Assembly: GCA_013239625.1 (NCBI GenBank)
Contig: MU054323.1
Span: 62,001 to 126,000, forward strand
Length of the DNA stretch: 64,000 bases
Reading direction: 5' to 3'
From: Lama guanicoe
Taxonomy: Eukaryota
A model generated the notes under the pieces. It had not been told where the DNA came from. It worked only from the letters and a program-made list of their open reading frames with translations, and ran no database searches. Of this stretch, positions 12,801-24,800 are shown piece after piece; the first letter of the stretch is position 1; each line of letters starts with the position of its first letter. Both the position numbers and the translations under genes were made by a program.

Positions 12801-15800
12801 AATAAGGTGCCTTGTTTCTTTCCTTCTCCAGACTTTTGTTGTAGGTTCTTTCTCAGTTACTCAATTTTAATATCTACCCTCCAAAAAAAACAAACAAACA
12901 ATAAAGCAAGCTTTAATCTTGTTCTGCATTATTTTTCTGGTATTTATTTCAGGGAGCTTCTGATCATTGGAGGTGTTGCAGCACGCGATCAGCTGTCTGT
13001 TTTGGATAATGGGGTAAGTTGTACTTCTAATTTTTAAAAAGAAATACGTCATTTTGGCTGTATAGTTCTGTTGTATTTCAAGAAATATCAAATGAAGCTA
13101 AAATGAGACAAGGTCAAAAGTGTATATATTTTTCAAAAGTGTCTTACCTGTATTCCTTTTCCCAAAAATACATAGCACAGGAGTCTCTTCTGAACACCCC
13201 ATGCAAAATTCAACACATGAATTTTTTGTTTTCTTTTTGGGTTTGTCATTTGAGCACTTGAGAATTTCTTTCCCATTTTTATGCATTAAAAGTCCTTTCT
13301 TCTGCGGATACTTGAGAAAGAAACTGGAGTTAAGAATAGAAATGGGGATGAAGCGAATTGCAGAGAATGTGGAAATTGTGGCAGGGAGCCTTGGGAAGGC
13401 TGAGGAGGGGTGAGAGTGGTTCCAGCAGGAGGGGGATGAGTTCAGGTTTGTGTATGGGGAAGTCTTAAAGGCTGTGCGCTTACAAAGGACAAAGCTAGAA
13501 CTGTGATTTTCATTACTGGGGAAGAAGTTTGGGAAACCCTTAACTGCTCGTCAAATCAGATACGAGTAGGACTTCATAAAATACTTCGTATGTATGAAGT
13601 AACTTTCTCCTTACAAATTTCTCTTCCGTTTCCTTCTCTGAATATTTTATCATTTAATCTAAACCACCTGATACTGAGCCATGGTGAGCAAGTATGTTCT
13701 CTTTCCAGTTACATTGGTGCCTCTGCCAAGTGAAATTTTACGCTGAATGGTTTATGTTTGACCTGGCGTGGCATATTAAGGGCATGGAATCATATTACTC
13801 TACTTACTAGTGTTCTAAGATGGTAATACTGCTTTGCTGTGTTCTTATTTGATGTGTTATATTTTAGTGGTTATAAAAGAGATTTAATATGTCTGTTCCC
13901 TATCTTCGTTCCTCAGACCCAAATTCATTTTCCCCATAAGTTACTAAGTTTCTTAACTTACATTTTCCAGCTACAGAGTTTTTAGGGGATTAGATCTGCT
14001 TTTGCCAGTCAGATCTAAAATTTGGTACTGGCTGACGCTAAAGGCAAAGTCAAGGCAGTGTCATTCCGTAGCTTTCCTGGCAGGACTCAGTTCCATTCCA
14101 CTCGGGGGATCGATATGTTCTCTCTGCTCTTCTTCGTGTCTTACATTCTCTACTTCTGTTATCTGCCCCCAGCCTCTGGCTCAGCCTTAGCCCTGTTATG
14201 TCTTACACTGCGGGCAGAAGTCGGCTTTGGAGTCAGGGAAGAGAACTATGTAAATTTTGTAATCTTTTAAAGTTGGGCAGTTATGCAGCGTGTTCAGTCA
14301 GGCCTGAAGACGTGGTTGGTGCTATTATCCAAGTCATGTAAATATTTCTCTCAGGCTTTTCCAGTGTAACTGACCTTGTTTTTGTTTTTGTTTTTTAACC
14401 TGAGAGACCTGATGTCTGTTTTTATGCTGACTCCACCTTCTGAAATAGAGGAGGGAGGAAACTTACATGGTGGGTTAGAATCCTGTGGTGAAGAGATAGT
14501 ACACAGAGAACCAGAGTGGCATTTTGTTCATTGCTGTGTGCAGCACCTGTCACAGTGTTTGGCACATAGGAGATTCTTAAGGCATTGAACAGGTTTTATC
14601 TTCATACTTTCAGACAGTATTTTCTAGATTGAATTGAAACTTGCTTATAGTTATCAATACAGTTGAAATAATAGCTTCACAAATATCTTTCATTTTTCAT
14701 GGGAATATAAAATGCCTTCTATTGGATTAAAGTTCCATTCAGCACAGTACTTTTCTAATTTTCAAGAGTTTAGATATTAAAGTAATGAGATGACAGTGAT
14801 GAATTTGTTAGGGGACAGGTATGTGTTTAGTCTGGAATGGAGAAAGCAAGTGAAAAAGAGCAGGGATTATCTCTGCCTGTTGATAAAGCATAGAAGTTTT
14901 GAATTGTCTAATTTATTGAATGGTTTTATGTAATACCTTATCTGTGCTCACATGCATACATCCAGATACACACTTGAAAAATCCTTAACCTTCATTGACT
15001 ACTTTCTAGAAAGGGGCCAGGCCCTGGGAAATGCATTATATACGTTTTGTTATTCAGTTCTCACAATAGCCCTTTGTGATGGTGCTCTTCCTATTTTTAC
15101 AGATTAGGAAGAGGGCTCATACTAAATATTAAGTAATTTGCCCCAGATCTTACATCTCATAAGTAGAGCTTACTTCAGAGCCCATTGTCCTAATCACTGT
15201 ACCATGGGGTTGATTAAAAGATGTGTGTGTATTTGAGAACAGGAAATATTGTTAATTACTTATACTGGCATGGGGACTCATTATTATAGTCTCTTTGTGT
15301 ATATCTGAGACTTTTTATAATAAAAAGTTAAATAAAACTTGTTCATATTGAATTAGACCTTTTCTCATGTTTGGACTTTGAGTTTGAATCCCAGTTTGGA
15401 TATTTCCTGGCTGTATCTGCTAAGTTCTTATGAATTTAGAATTTTAAACTTCAGTCTATTCATTTAAAAATAGGAATAATAATAGTAGTTAATAAAAGTA
15501 GTAACCTTAGTGGTTACATGAGATGATACAGTGCGTGTAAAATGTTAGCACAATGCACGTTCATTATCAGCACTTGACAAATAATAATTATTGTTTTCCT
15601 GGATTAGTCAGGTCATCATCATTGTTAATTATAACCAAACTTATCAAGCACCCCGGTACACTTGGCATCAAATCATTACATGTCTCATCTTGTAATTATC
15701 ACAACCATCTTGCAGAGCAGAAGGTATTACCCATTTCATTACCCACTTAAAAAATGAGAAAATTGAAACTCGAAGAGATTATTAAGTTGAGGTCACACAG

Positions 15801-18800
15801 GTGGATAATACTGCAGCTGGGATTTGAATCCTGGTTTAATTTCAGAGTTCCTATAAATTCACCTGGTTTTTCACTTGGAAAACACAAATTTTACGTATTA
15901 GACTGCATATAACAGTTAAAAATGACAAAAACAGTTGCCAAAATCTTCACATTGATCTCAAACCAGATACAAGTTTAATAATAAGGCATTATCTAGAATT
16001 CATCTTTTGTGCTTTTAGAGTTGACTGTGACTACTTCAATATGTGTGTTTTTATTGTAAGCAGACCGTTGGTGGTTGCTATTTTAAGGTAATTGTAATAG
16101 TTCTTCAGTTTTCATTAGGTGCTCCTTTTTGATATTTTCCAGGTAGATATAGTCGTTGGCACACCGGGGAGACTGGATGATTTGGTCTCGACTGGAAAAC
16201 TGAACTTATCCCAAGTTAGATTCCTGGTCCTGGATGAAGCTGTATGTTGAAATATACTCATGCTTTTTAAAAAAAAAAGTTTGCTTATGTTTTTGGAGAT
16301 CAAATATGCAAAATGATGAAGAAAAAGTACAATTCAGTCAGGATCCTATGACCTAGAGAGAAACACTGTCACCAGTTTGGCATATTTTCATTCACTCCTT
16401 ATGTTTGTATGAACTTTTCACTGAGGTATAGTTGATTTACAATGTTTCAGGTGTACAGCAGAGTGATTCAGTTATACATATATGTAAATTCAGTTTTATG
16501 TGGTTGCAGTCAGGCTCTGTGGAACCTGGGAAACCTTTTTTGCTGTGGGGCATGAATATTTCATGTCATATTTGTAAACAGGTTTTTTTTTTAACTTTTT
16601 TTTAATTGGGTTATAGTCATTTTACAATGTTGTGTCAAATTCCAGTGTAGAGCACAAATTTTCAGTTATACATGAACATACATATATTCATTGTCACATT
16701 TTTGTAAACAGGTTTTAAAGGCTGTCCAGTGGTCCCTTATATACATACTTCGTGGCTGATTAACCACTTTAATTACTAGTTATGTAGGTTTGTTTATTAC
16801 TGCAAACAGTTATCTTGCTTGTATATACTTGTTTTTACACAGTACAAATTACATTAGTGTATTTGAGGCTCTTGAGACATAGTTCTAAATTATTTTCAAT
16901 CTGAAGTCATTTTTCAACACTGAAGGTTTTGGTTTTTTCATATTAAAATCTGGGATTTCAAAATTGTAGAATAGATAAACAAGATTATACTGTATAGCAC
17001 AGGGAAATATATACAAGATCTTATGGTAGCCCACGGAGGAAAAAATGTGACAATGAATATATATATGTTCATGTATAACTGAAAAACTGCTGTACACTGG
17101 AATTTGACACAACATTGTAAAATGATTACAAATCAATAAAAAATGGTAAAAGAAAATCATATCTGTAAGGACATGTGATCAGAGCTGTTAACTCTTATAT
17201 TCATTTTAGAATACCAGAGTATGGTTTTTAAGTTATTGTCAGCTTTTTCATATTGTAGTCCCATGGAATTCAAACTTGAATTTGTACCTTATTCAATATC
17301 CAATAGAAAACAATTATTTTGAAACTATGGAGATATGTATGTGAATGAATTAGTTTCCATATCTTAAGTTTTACATTTGATTTAGGAAAGAAAGATTTAG
17401 ATACTGATTAAAAAGTCTTATACTTTTCTTTGCTTCTCGTGCAGGATGGCCTTCTTTCTCAAGGGTACTCTGATTTTATAAACAGGATTCACAATCAGAT
17501 TCCTCAGATTACCTCTGACGGAAAAAGACTTCAGGTATAAAATAACGAATGCATGTTGAAATACATGTAGACAGTTGTTATGGATGCTCGCTTTTTTTTG
17601 TTTTACATTCACATTTTGTTTTAGGCTCCTCTGATTAAGTTAACTACTGTATGAAACATTTTCTTCATTACCTGATTAAATGGTACCCACAAAGGAAGCA
17701 GTCTTAGGAGCTGATTTTAGAAATAAAGGTGAAGGGAATTTGAAGAAATTACTTAGGTGTTTACAGAAGACTGTAAATAAAAGATTCTTAGTTTTTTTTT
17801 TTTTTTCCCTACAGAGCATTCAGGGTTTATATTCTAGACTCTGAGCATTGCTTCCTCTTTGAAGGAAAAATGTCTTGAGCTGATAAAAAGCAGTTGTTTC
17901 CTTAGTAATTCTTAAAATATTATTCTTTCTCATTCTGTTTTCTTAGAAGAATTAGAGAGGTAGAGGCTTGTAAGGGAAGGGGACAGGTAGTAACTTACGA
18001 CTTAAGATTTTTAAAAGCCTTTCCATCCTACTTAGTTTCTGTAGGACCTTGAGGAGTAGATGGCGTGGTTTCTGTGGCAGTGAGAGGATGGAAGCTCAGA
18101 GTCTAACCCGCCCAAAGTCACCCCCTAGTTGTTGCTCCAGAGTCAGGTAGAGCACATGCCTTTAGATTCCAGGTTTAGCATAATTTGCGCCCCCCATCTG
18201 TATTTGTATGGTAGAATTATTATAAATTATAATAAACTAAAAGCTTATCTAAAGTTTGTTTTTCTGTTCTTAGGTGATTGTCTGCTCAGCCACTTTGCAT
18301 TCTTTTGATGTGAAGAAACTGTCTGAGAAGATAATGCACTTTCCTACCTGGGTGGATTTGAAAGGAGAAGATTCTGTTCCAGATACTGTGCACCACGTTG
18401 TTGTGCCCGTGAACCCCAAAGCTGACAGACTCTGGGAGAGGCTTGGCAAAAACCACATTAGAGTAAGTACTTTATGACGTTAACAAATATTGTGTAGAAG
18501 TCAGCATTCATGAGCTAATTTAACCTTGGGCTCTTGGTGATGCTTAAAGCAACCAGATACTGTACCTTTAAGAAAAGAGAAGTCCGGCACATCGACCAGA
18601 AAAGTTTAGGTCTGTAAGGTGTGGAATAAGCTATGCGCTCGTGCTTTACTTTTCTCTAAGTAAATAGGGTTACCCCCACCCCCCCGCTATACGTGTGTGT
18701 GTGTGTCTGCTTTCTGATACAGTGATTTCCATTTTTAGGAGTGTTTTAGAGTCTTCTTAATGTGCCTTATTTTCCTAAAAATCAATTTCGTGTGTCTGTC

Positions 18801-21800
18801 TTTTCATTTTTTTCCACTGCTGCTAGATTTACGTTAATATAATAATAAGGTTATATTTATTGTAAATACACAATATGCCAAAAACTACCTTTGAGTAATT
18901 ATTATTATTACATTTAAAATTAATTAGCTTTAGACCTACAGTTAATAAAAGGTTTTTCTGATACAGAAGAATGATTTTGCCTGTCAGCTATAAAGACGTA
19001 TGTCTGGAATGCAGTCTAAAGTTAGATACAGTTCTTCCTTTAAAAAAAAAATACCTGTTCTGAATCATTACTTAACCACTCCTCACCTCTTTTGTTTCCT
19101 TTCCCTCTCGATAGACTGATGAGGTGCACGCAAAAGATAACACAAGACCCGGTGCTAACAGTCCAGGTGAGTTAGAAGAATCAACAAAATGTGCTGAAGG
19201 ATTTTCAAAATGAATTGATTTGTTTTTTTGAATTTATTCCCTATCTACTCTCGTGAAGGAACAGGAAATCTGAAAATAAAGAAATAAAAATAACGAAGAA
19301 ATGAGGGAAAAGCTGATAGCAGTAAACTTAGAGGATTATCAATCACTGAATTGAAGGTATTAGTCTCCTGGGATCAAAATAAAATATTTTAGATTATAGA
19401 ATTCTCATTTTCCTAGGAAACCAGCAAATTTCTCTGGTGACAAATTCTACATTGGTCCTGAATTCCAAGAGAAATGCCACCTAGAGGCTTCATATCTGAG
19501 AATTAAGTAACAAAGGGAAGTATCTTTAGCCACAGCTTTGTGAAAGATACAGAAAGGATCTTGAAATAGTTTACTGATTCTTCTTGTGTGATTAAGGAGA
19601 CATAAATCTACCACTTTAACCATTTTGATTCAGTGAAGGTGCTTCTGAGCAGAATTGAGCCAGTTTATTTCAGGTACACAGTATTTCAAAGATACATGAA
19701 GACACATCCTGATACAGGAATAGTGCTTAGAACCTAGATTCCATCTTGAACCCATTAGGGCAGGTGTCTGATATCACACGTCTCAGGTGGATCACTGGTA
19801 AGGGTTAGACTGCATTTTGTTCATGATCGGATTCACTGGTAGGTTTTTGACAGGCCTCTGAAAGGTGAAGTATCTGACGTTTGGCTACAGAGAGTATCTT
19901 TGAACTTAGTTTTACGTACAGCTCCAGATGTATAAGGTGCGTGCTCTCCTGGCCTTACTGTTGCCTTACTGTTGGGGAGGAGCAGAGACACTGGTAGACA
20001 AACTAATGTATCATCCCGCCTTTTGGGACTGCATTTTATAAAATAACAGTTACTACTGCTTCATGTTATTTTTCCTTGTTAAAATTTTGCTTAATTTTTA
20101 CTACAATTAGAGAGACCTTAGGCTCAGTGGGTTACGGAATTAAAATTTTTTATTAGACAGCTGAGGAGTAACTGTAGCCCAGCTTCATGCTGGAAAATAG
20201 ACATTTGGAGGATGGCAACTAAAAAAATTACTAACTAGGTTTGATGTAGAATTTTTATTTCCCAGAGTGTAGTGTGAACTGCCTGGTGTTTAGATTGATT
20301 CAGAAAGTACATTTACTGTATTTTACAGGGTTTAAAGTGATTGAGTAAACATTTATTGAGCATTTAGGGAAGTTAATGCTCGGCGGAATATGATTAGTTC
20401 TCCATGAGAGGGAAGAGCAGAGTGTTGTGTGTGGGTGGGGTTCTGTGTGTGTACATGCACATTTTCCTTTACAAGAGGTATGGTGGTGGGTGTTTTGGTA
20501 GCCCATAAACTGGCATAAAAAACACTAAGAGAAATGAAAATAAATGGACAAGTGGATTATCTCCCCATTTCATCCTATCTTCTTATTTCTTGATTTTGTC
20601 TATAATACATGTATTAAAGTTGATTTTTTTTTGGTGAGTTAAGCAGTAAGTCTATGATTGTAATTATGTGCATTTGTGACAGTAAAAGATTGAAATTCTG
20701 GTGGGTTTTTTTGTTGTTGTTGTTGTGTTATTCAAGAGATGTGGTCTGAAGCTATTAAAATCCTGAAGGGGGAGTATGCTGTCCGAGCGATCAAGGAGCA
20801 CAAGATGGATCAAGCAATTATTTTCTGTAGAACCAAAATCGACTGTGATAACTTGGAGCAGTATTTTATGCAACAAGGAGGAGGTAATGTTTCCTCACTT
20901 GAAATAAACTGTGTTTATTTCCTCACTTAATAGATTATTAATCTCACGTTGGTGCAGCATAGCGTGCATGCCCAGAATGTAAAGCAGTGATGATGCATTG
21001 TAAGTATCTGTGCTTATCCAGTACTTTTCCATATGATAAGCCCTGGGAAAAACAATGAGGTAACTTTCCACACAGGGACAGTTTCATTACAGTGAAGGTG
21101 ACTCACAGCCTTCTAAGCCCTTATGTCATTTGGAAAAAGAGAAAGTTATTGATTGATGTTAAAATTCTAAGTGTAATCATCAAATAATAGAATGTATATC
21201 TTCTCAACCAACAAATGAGGAAAAAAACTTAATCTAAAAAAAGGTTAGAAAGGAAGAAGGGAACAATGAGAAAAAGCAAAACAGTTAGAAACTATAGAAT
21301 AATACAGCTGGTGGAAAAATCTGAATATTTGAGTAAATGCTATAATACACATCAGTGGACTGAAGTCTTCTGATAAAGAGCCATCGCTGTTAGACTGGAT
21401 AAAATCAGGCTGCATGCTGTTTACAAGAAACTTACCTGAAACCTGAGGACATGGAAAGGTTGAAAGGAAGGGGAATGAAAAAATATATAAATGTCAGCTA
21501 AAATATTAATCAAAAGAAAGTTGGTCTCACTGTGTTAATAAGACATGCCATAAGCTTTAAGACAAAAATGTTACTAGAAATAAAAAGGGTTACTTTGTTA
21601 ATAAAGTACTCAATCTACAATGAAGATATAATGCTTATAACCTTATGCTCCTTATAACATCAAATACATAAGCCAACCTGAAAAAAATGCTAGGTATAAT
21701 CAGTCATTAGGGAAATGCAAAATAAAATCACAGTGTGTTACTACTGTACACTCATTAGAATGACTAGATTAAAAATACTTAAAACACCAAATTTTGGTGT

Positions 21801-24800
21801 GGGTGTGGAGAAACCAGAACTCTCATACACTGTTGGTGTACAATTACTTTGGTAAAAGTTCTTACAGTTTTTTTTATAAAATTAAGCATCCTATCTTGTG
21901 GTCTAGCAGTTCAGCTCCTTTGAGTACTGACCCAAGATAAGTGAAAACATACATTGAGAAAAGATGTCTGCGAGATGGTTATAGCAGCTTTATTTATAAT
22001 GGCTCCAAACTGTATACTAAATGGCCATTAATAGAAGAATGGCTAAACAAAATGCAAGGTATTTATACAGTGGAATACTTGCTAGTCAGCACTGAAAAGG
22101 AATAGTCTGCTGACAGACTCAACAACTGTGGGTGAATCTCAGAAGCATTATACTGAATGAAAGAATTCTTACACCAGAGTATATACCATGTGACTCCATT
22201 TGTTGAAGTTCTAGAAGAGTCAAAACTAATCTGTGGTGGGGAAAAAAAACCAGAACAGTGGTTGTTCCCAGGAGGGTGGGAGTGCAGATAACTGCGAAAG
22301 GGCATTGAAGGTACTTTGTGGATGATACTTATGTTGGGTATCTTGATAGGGCTTCGGGCTATATAGGTGTACGCATTTGTCAAAACTCAGCAAATGTACA
22401 CTAAAGATTTGCATATTTCCTTGTATGTAACTTCAGCTTCAACAGGAAAACAAAAAACTCTAAATTCTGCACTCTAGTTGGTGATATGCATGCTGAACTG
22501 TGTACTGATATCTGCAATTTACATTGAAACGTATCAGAAATATGAGTTGATAGAAGGACAGAGGGGTGGATCGATAGTTTGTGGCCAAGTACAGTAAATG
22601 TTAGTGGTAAAGTTTAGGTGGTGAGAATATAGCTGTTCATTGTTAGAAGTCTTTCTGTTTTGCTGTGTTGGAAAATACAGTAAGTTAAAATATATAAGGT
22701 AGAAACTGACAGATGTACAAAGTAACAGACAAATTCTGCCATACTGGGGAAGGCTTTAACACATCTCTTTTGGTAATTGATGTACATCAAGGAGCTAGAA
22801 AACTCAAAAGGGATATGGAAAATTTGAACAATTTAAAAGTGTGGACTAATGGTCATATAAAACACGTTACATTGTTTGTTATAGGGAACGGTTCAGTAAC
22901 TTTTTTTTTCCCCTAGAGTCCTGGCAAACAGACTTGCTTGATTGTTTTAGTAATGGTGGCTGTTTTGTAATAAATCTTTCTTCATTTACATGTTGCTTTT
23001 GAATGGAGGATTCAATTGTGTGGCTAGGAGTGCCGAAGGTCAAGCAGCAATGTCCTTCCTTCCTTGTACCTTCCTTCTTTGTGTGTTCTGGTTACTTCTG
23101 CCTAGAAAACAAGTTTCCCAAACCATTTTTGAAGCCAGAATAGGCTGATACATCCCAGATTCCAGCACTTGACGAGAGGAGAATCTCTCCTCCACACACG
23201 CACCTCGACCAGGGACTAGGGGTGTCTGTGATGTTTTCTTAAGCCAGCTGACTCAGTTCAGGATGCAGTACGACCTCAGCTGTAAGCTTTTGGAGGTTCT
23301 AGTTAGTGATTTCTTTCTTCTGCATAATTAGTTTTTGGCTAGTCACTTTGGGTGGATGTCTTTCAAACTGTATTGTTTCCTTAAATTCTGAAGTGTGTTT
23401 TATGGAATCTAATGTACTGTGGAGAGTAGTTCAGTGGAGTAATTGTTATTTTGGGCTGTCTCATGATGGTGCCTGTTGAGGTCCGGTTGAGTTCTAGAAG
23501 GCCATTGTTGGCTTTTACTCGGGTCCAGACTGCACTGCTTTTTATTACTGGATCTACTTGAAGAGTTTCTTTTTTAGGATTGGCTGCCACTGCACCTGCC
23601 TAGAAAACACCACTTCTCCATCCTTCCCGTTTGCTGCTTCTAATCTGCTTTGGCCAGGAAGCCAGATGACTGAGTTGGCTTAGAAAACCTTGAGGGGAGC
23701 AAGCTTGTGGGCGTGGCCTTTTAGTCAGGGCATGAACTTCATAATGTCTAGTTTGGTTCTTCCAAGAACAATCTCTTTTGTTTACTTTTTGATTCTTCTT
23801 TACATGGGATAGGTGAGGTTCCTGCTTCACACATAGTATTTTTCTCTTACTGATATATTTTGGTTGGCATATTGCTGTATCTACTCCTTCAGATTGGGAA
23901 AGGTTACTTAAAATGTCCTTCAAAGCAAATCAGTTTTAATGCTCATGGAGTTCATTTTAATGACATTTCACCTATGACAGAAATTGTTAACCATGCTCTA
24001 TGACAGGTTGGAGTATAGATTTCCGTAGAAGTATATGATACCATTGTAGTCTAAACGTTACTGATTTTTTGACATAGTCTCGGGCATAATTAACTGTTGA
24101 ATATGCTTTTCACTAGGACCTGATAAAAAAGGACACCAGTTCTCATGTGTTTGTCTTCATGGCGACAGAAAGCCTCACGAGAGGAAGCAAAACTTGGAAA
24201 GGTTCAAGGTACTGATAACTGACTGCATTTCCTTAATACTTAAAAGGGGAGCTGTATCTAGTTTTAATCAGTTCCAGTTAATATTATTAAAGCAATTCTT
24301 GTCCTAGGAATTTCAGAACATTTCGTCTCTGTTGGTATGTCCTCATCACCACTGTAATGGTTAATTACACATTCTCTGTTGGAACAACACTGCTGTCATA
24401 AGAGTTTTCAACTTAAGTTTTAGTTTAAATCTTTCAGGTAGATATTTTTAGAAGAAGCATCACTGGATAGTTAAATCATGTCTGTGAGCCTTTTTTAAAT
24501 TTAGTAGCTGGTTTTAATACCCATAGGAAACGTAATTTACAGATTAGTTTAAGACAGATATCAGACTATGGTTTTGTAAAATTAAATACGTTTTGAGTTA
24601 TTTGGGGTAGAGTGTCCCAGTTATGTGCTTGCAGCCCATGAGCAGGCTGCATAGTTCTCCGTGTAGATGGGTAGGACTTGAGCCATTTTAGAATTCAAGG
24701 TCGGGAGCCTCTACCCACGAGCATTCTCATCCGTCTGTCATAGTGTGTTTACTCTAGGGTGCAGTACACACACCCTTTCTCTCAGACCCATAATATGAAA

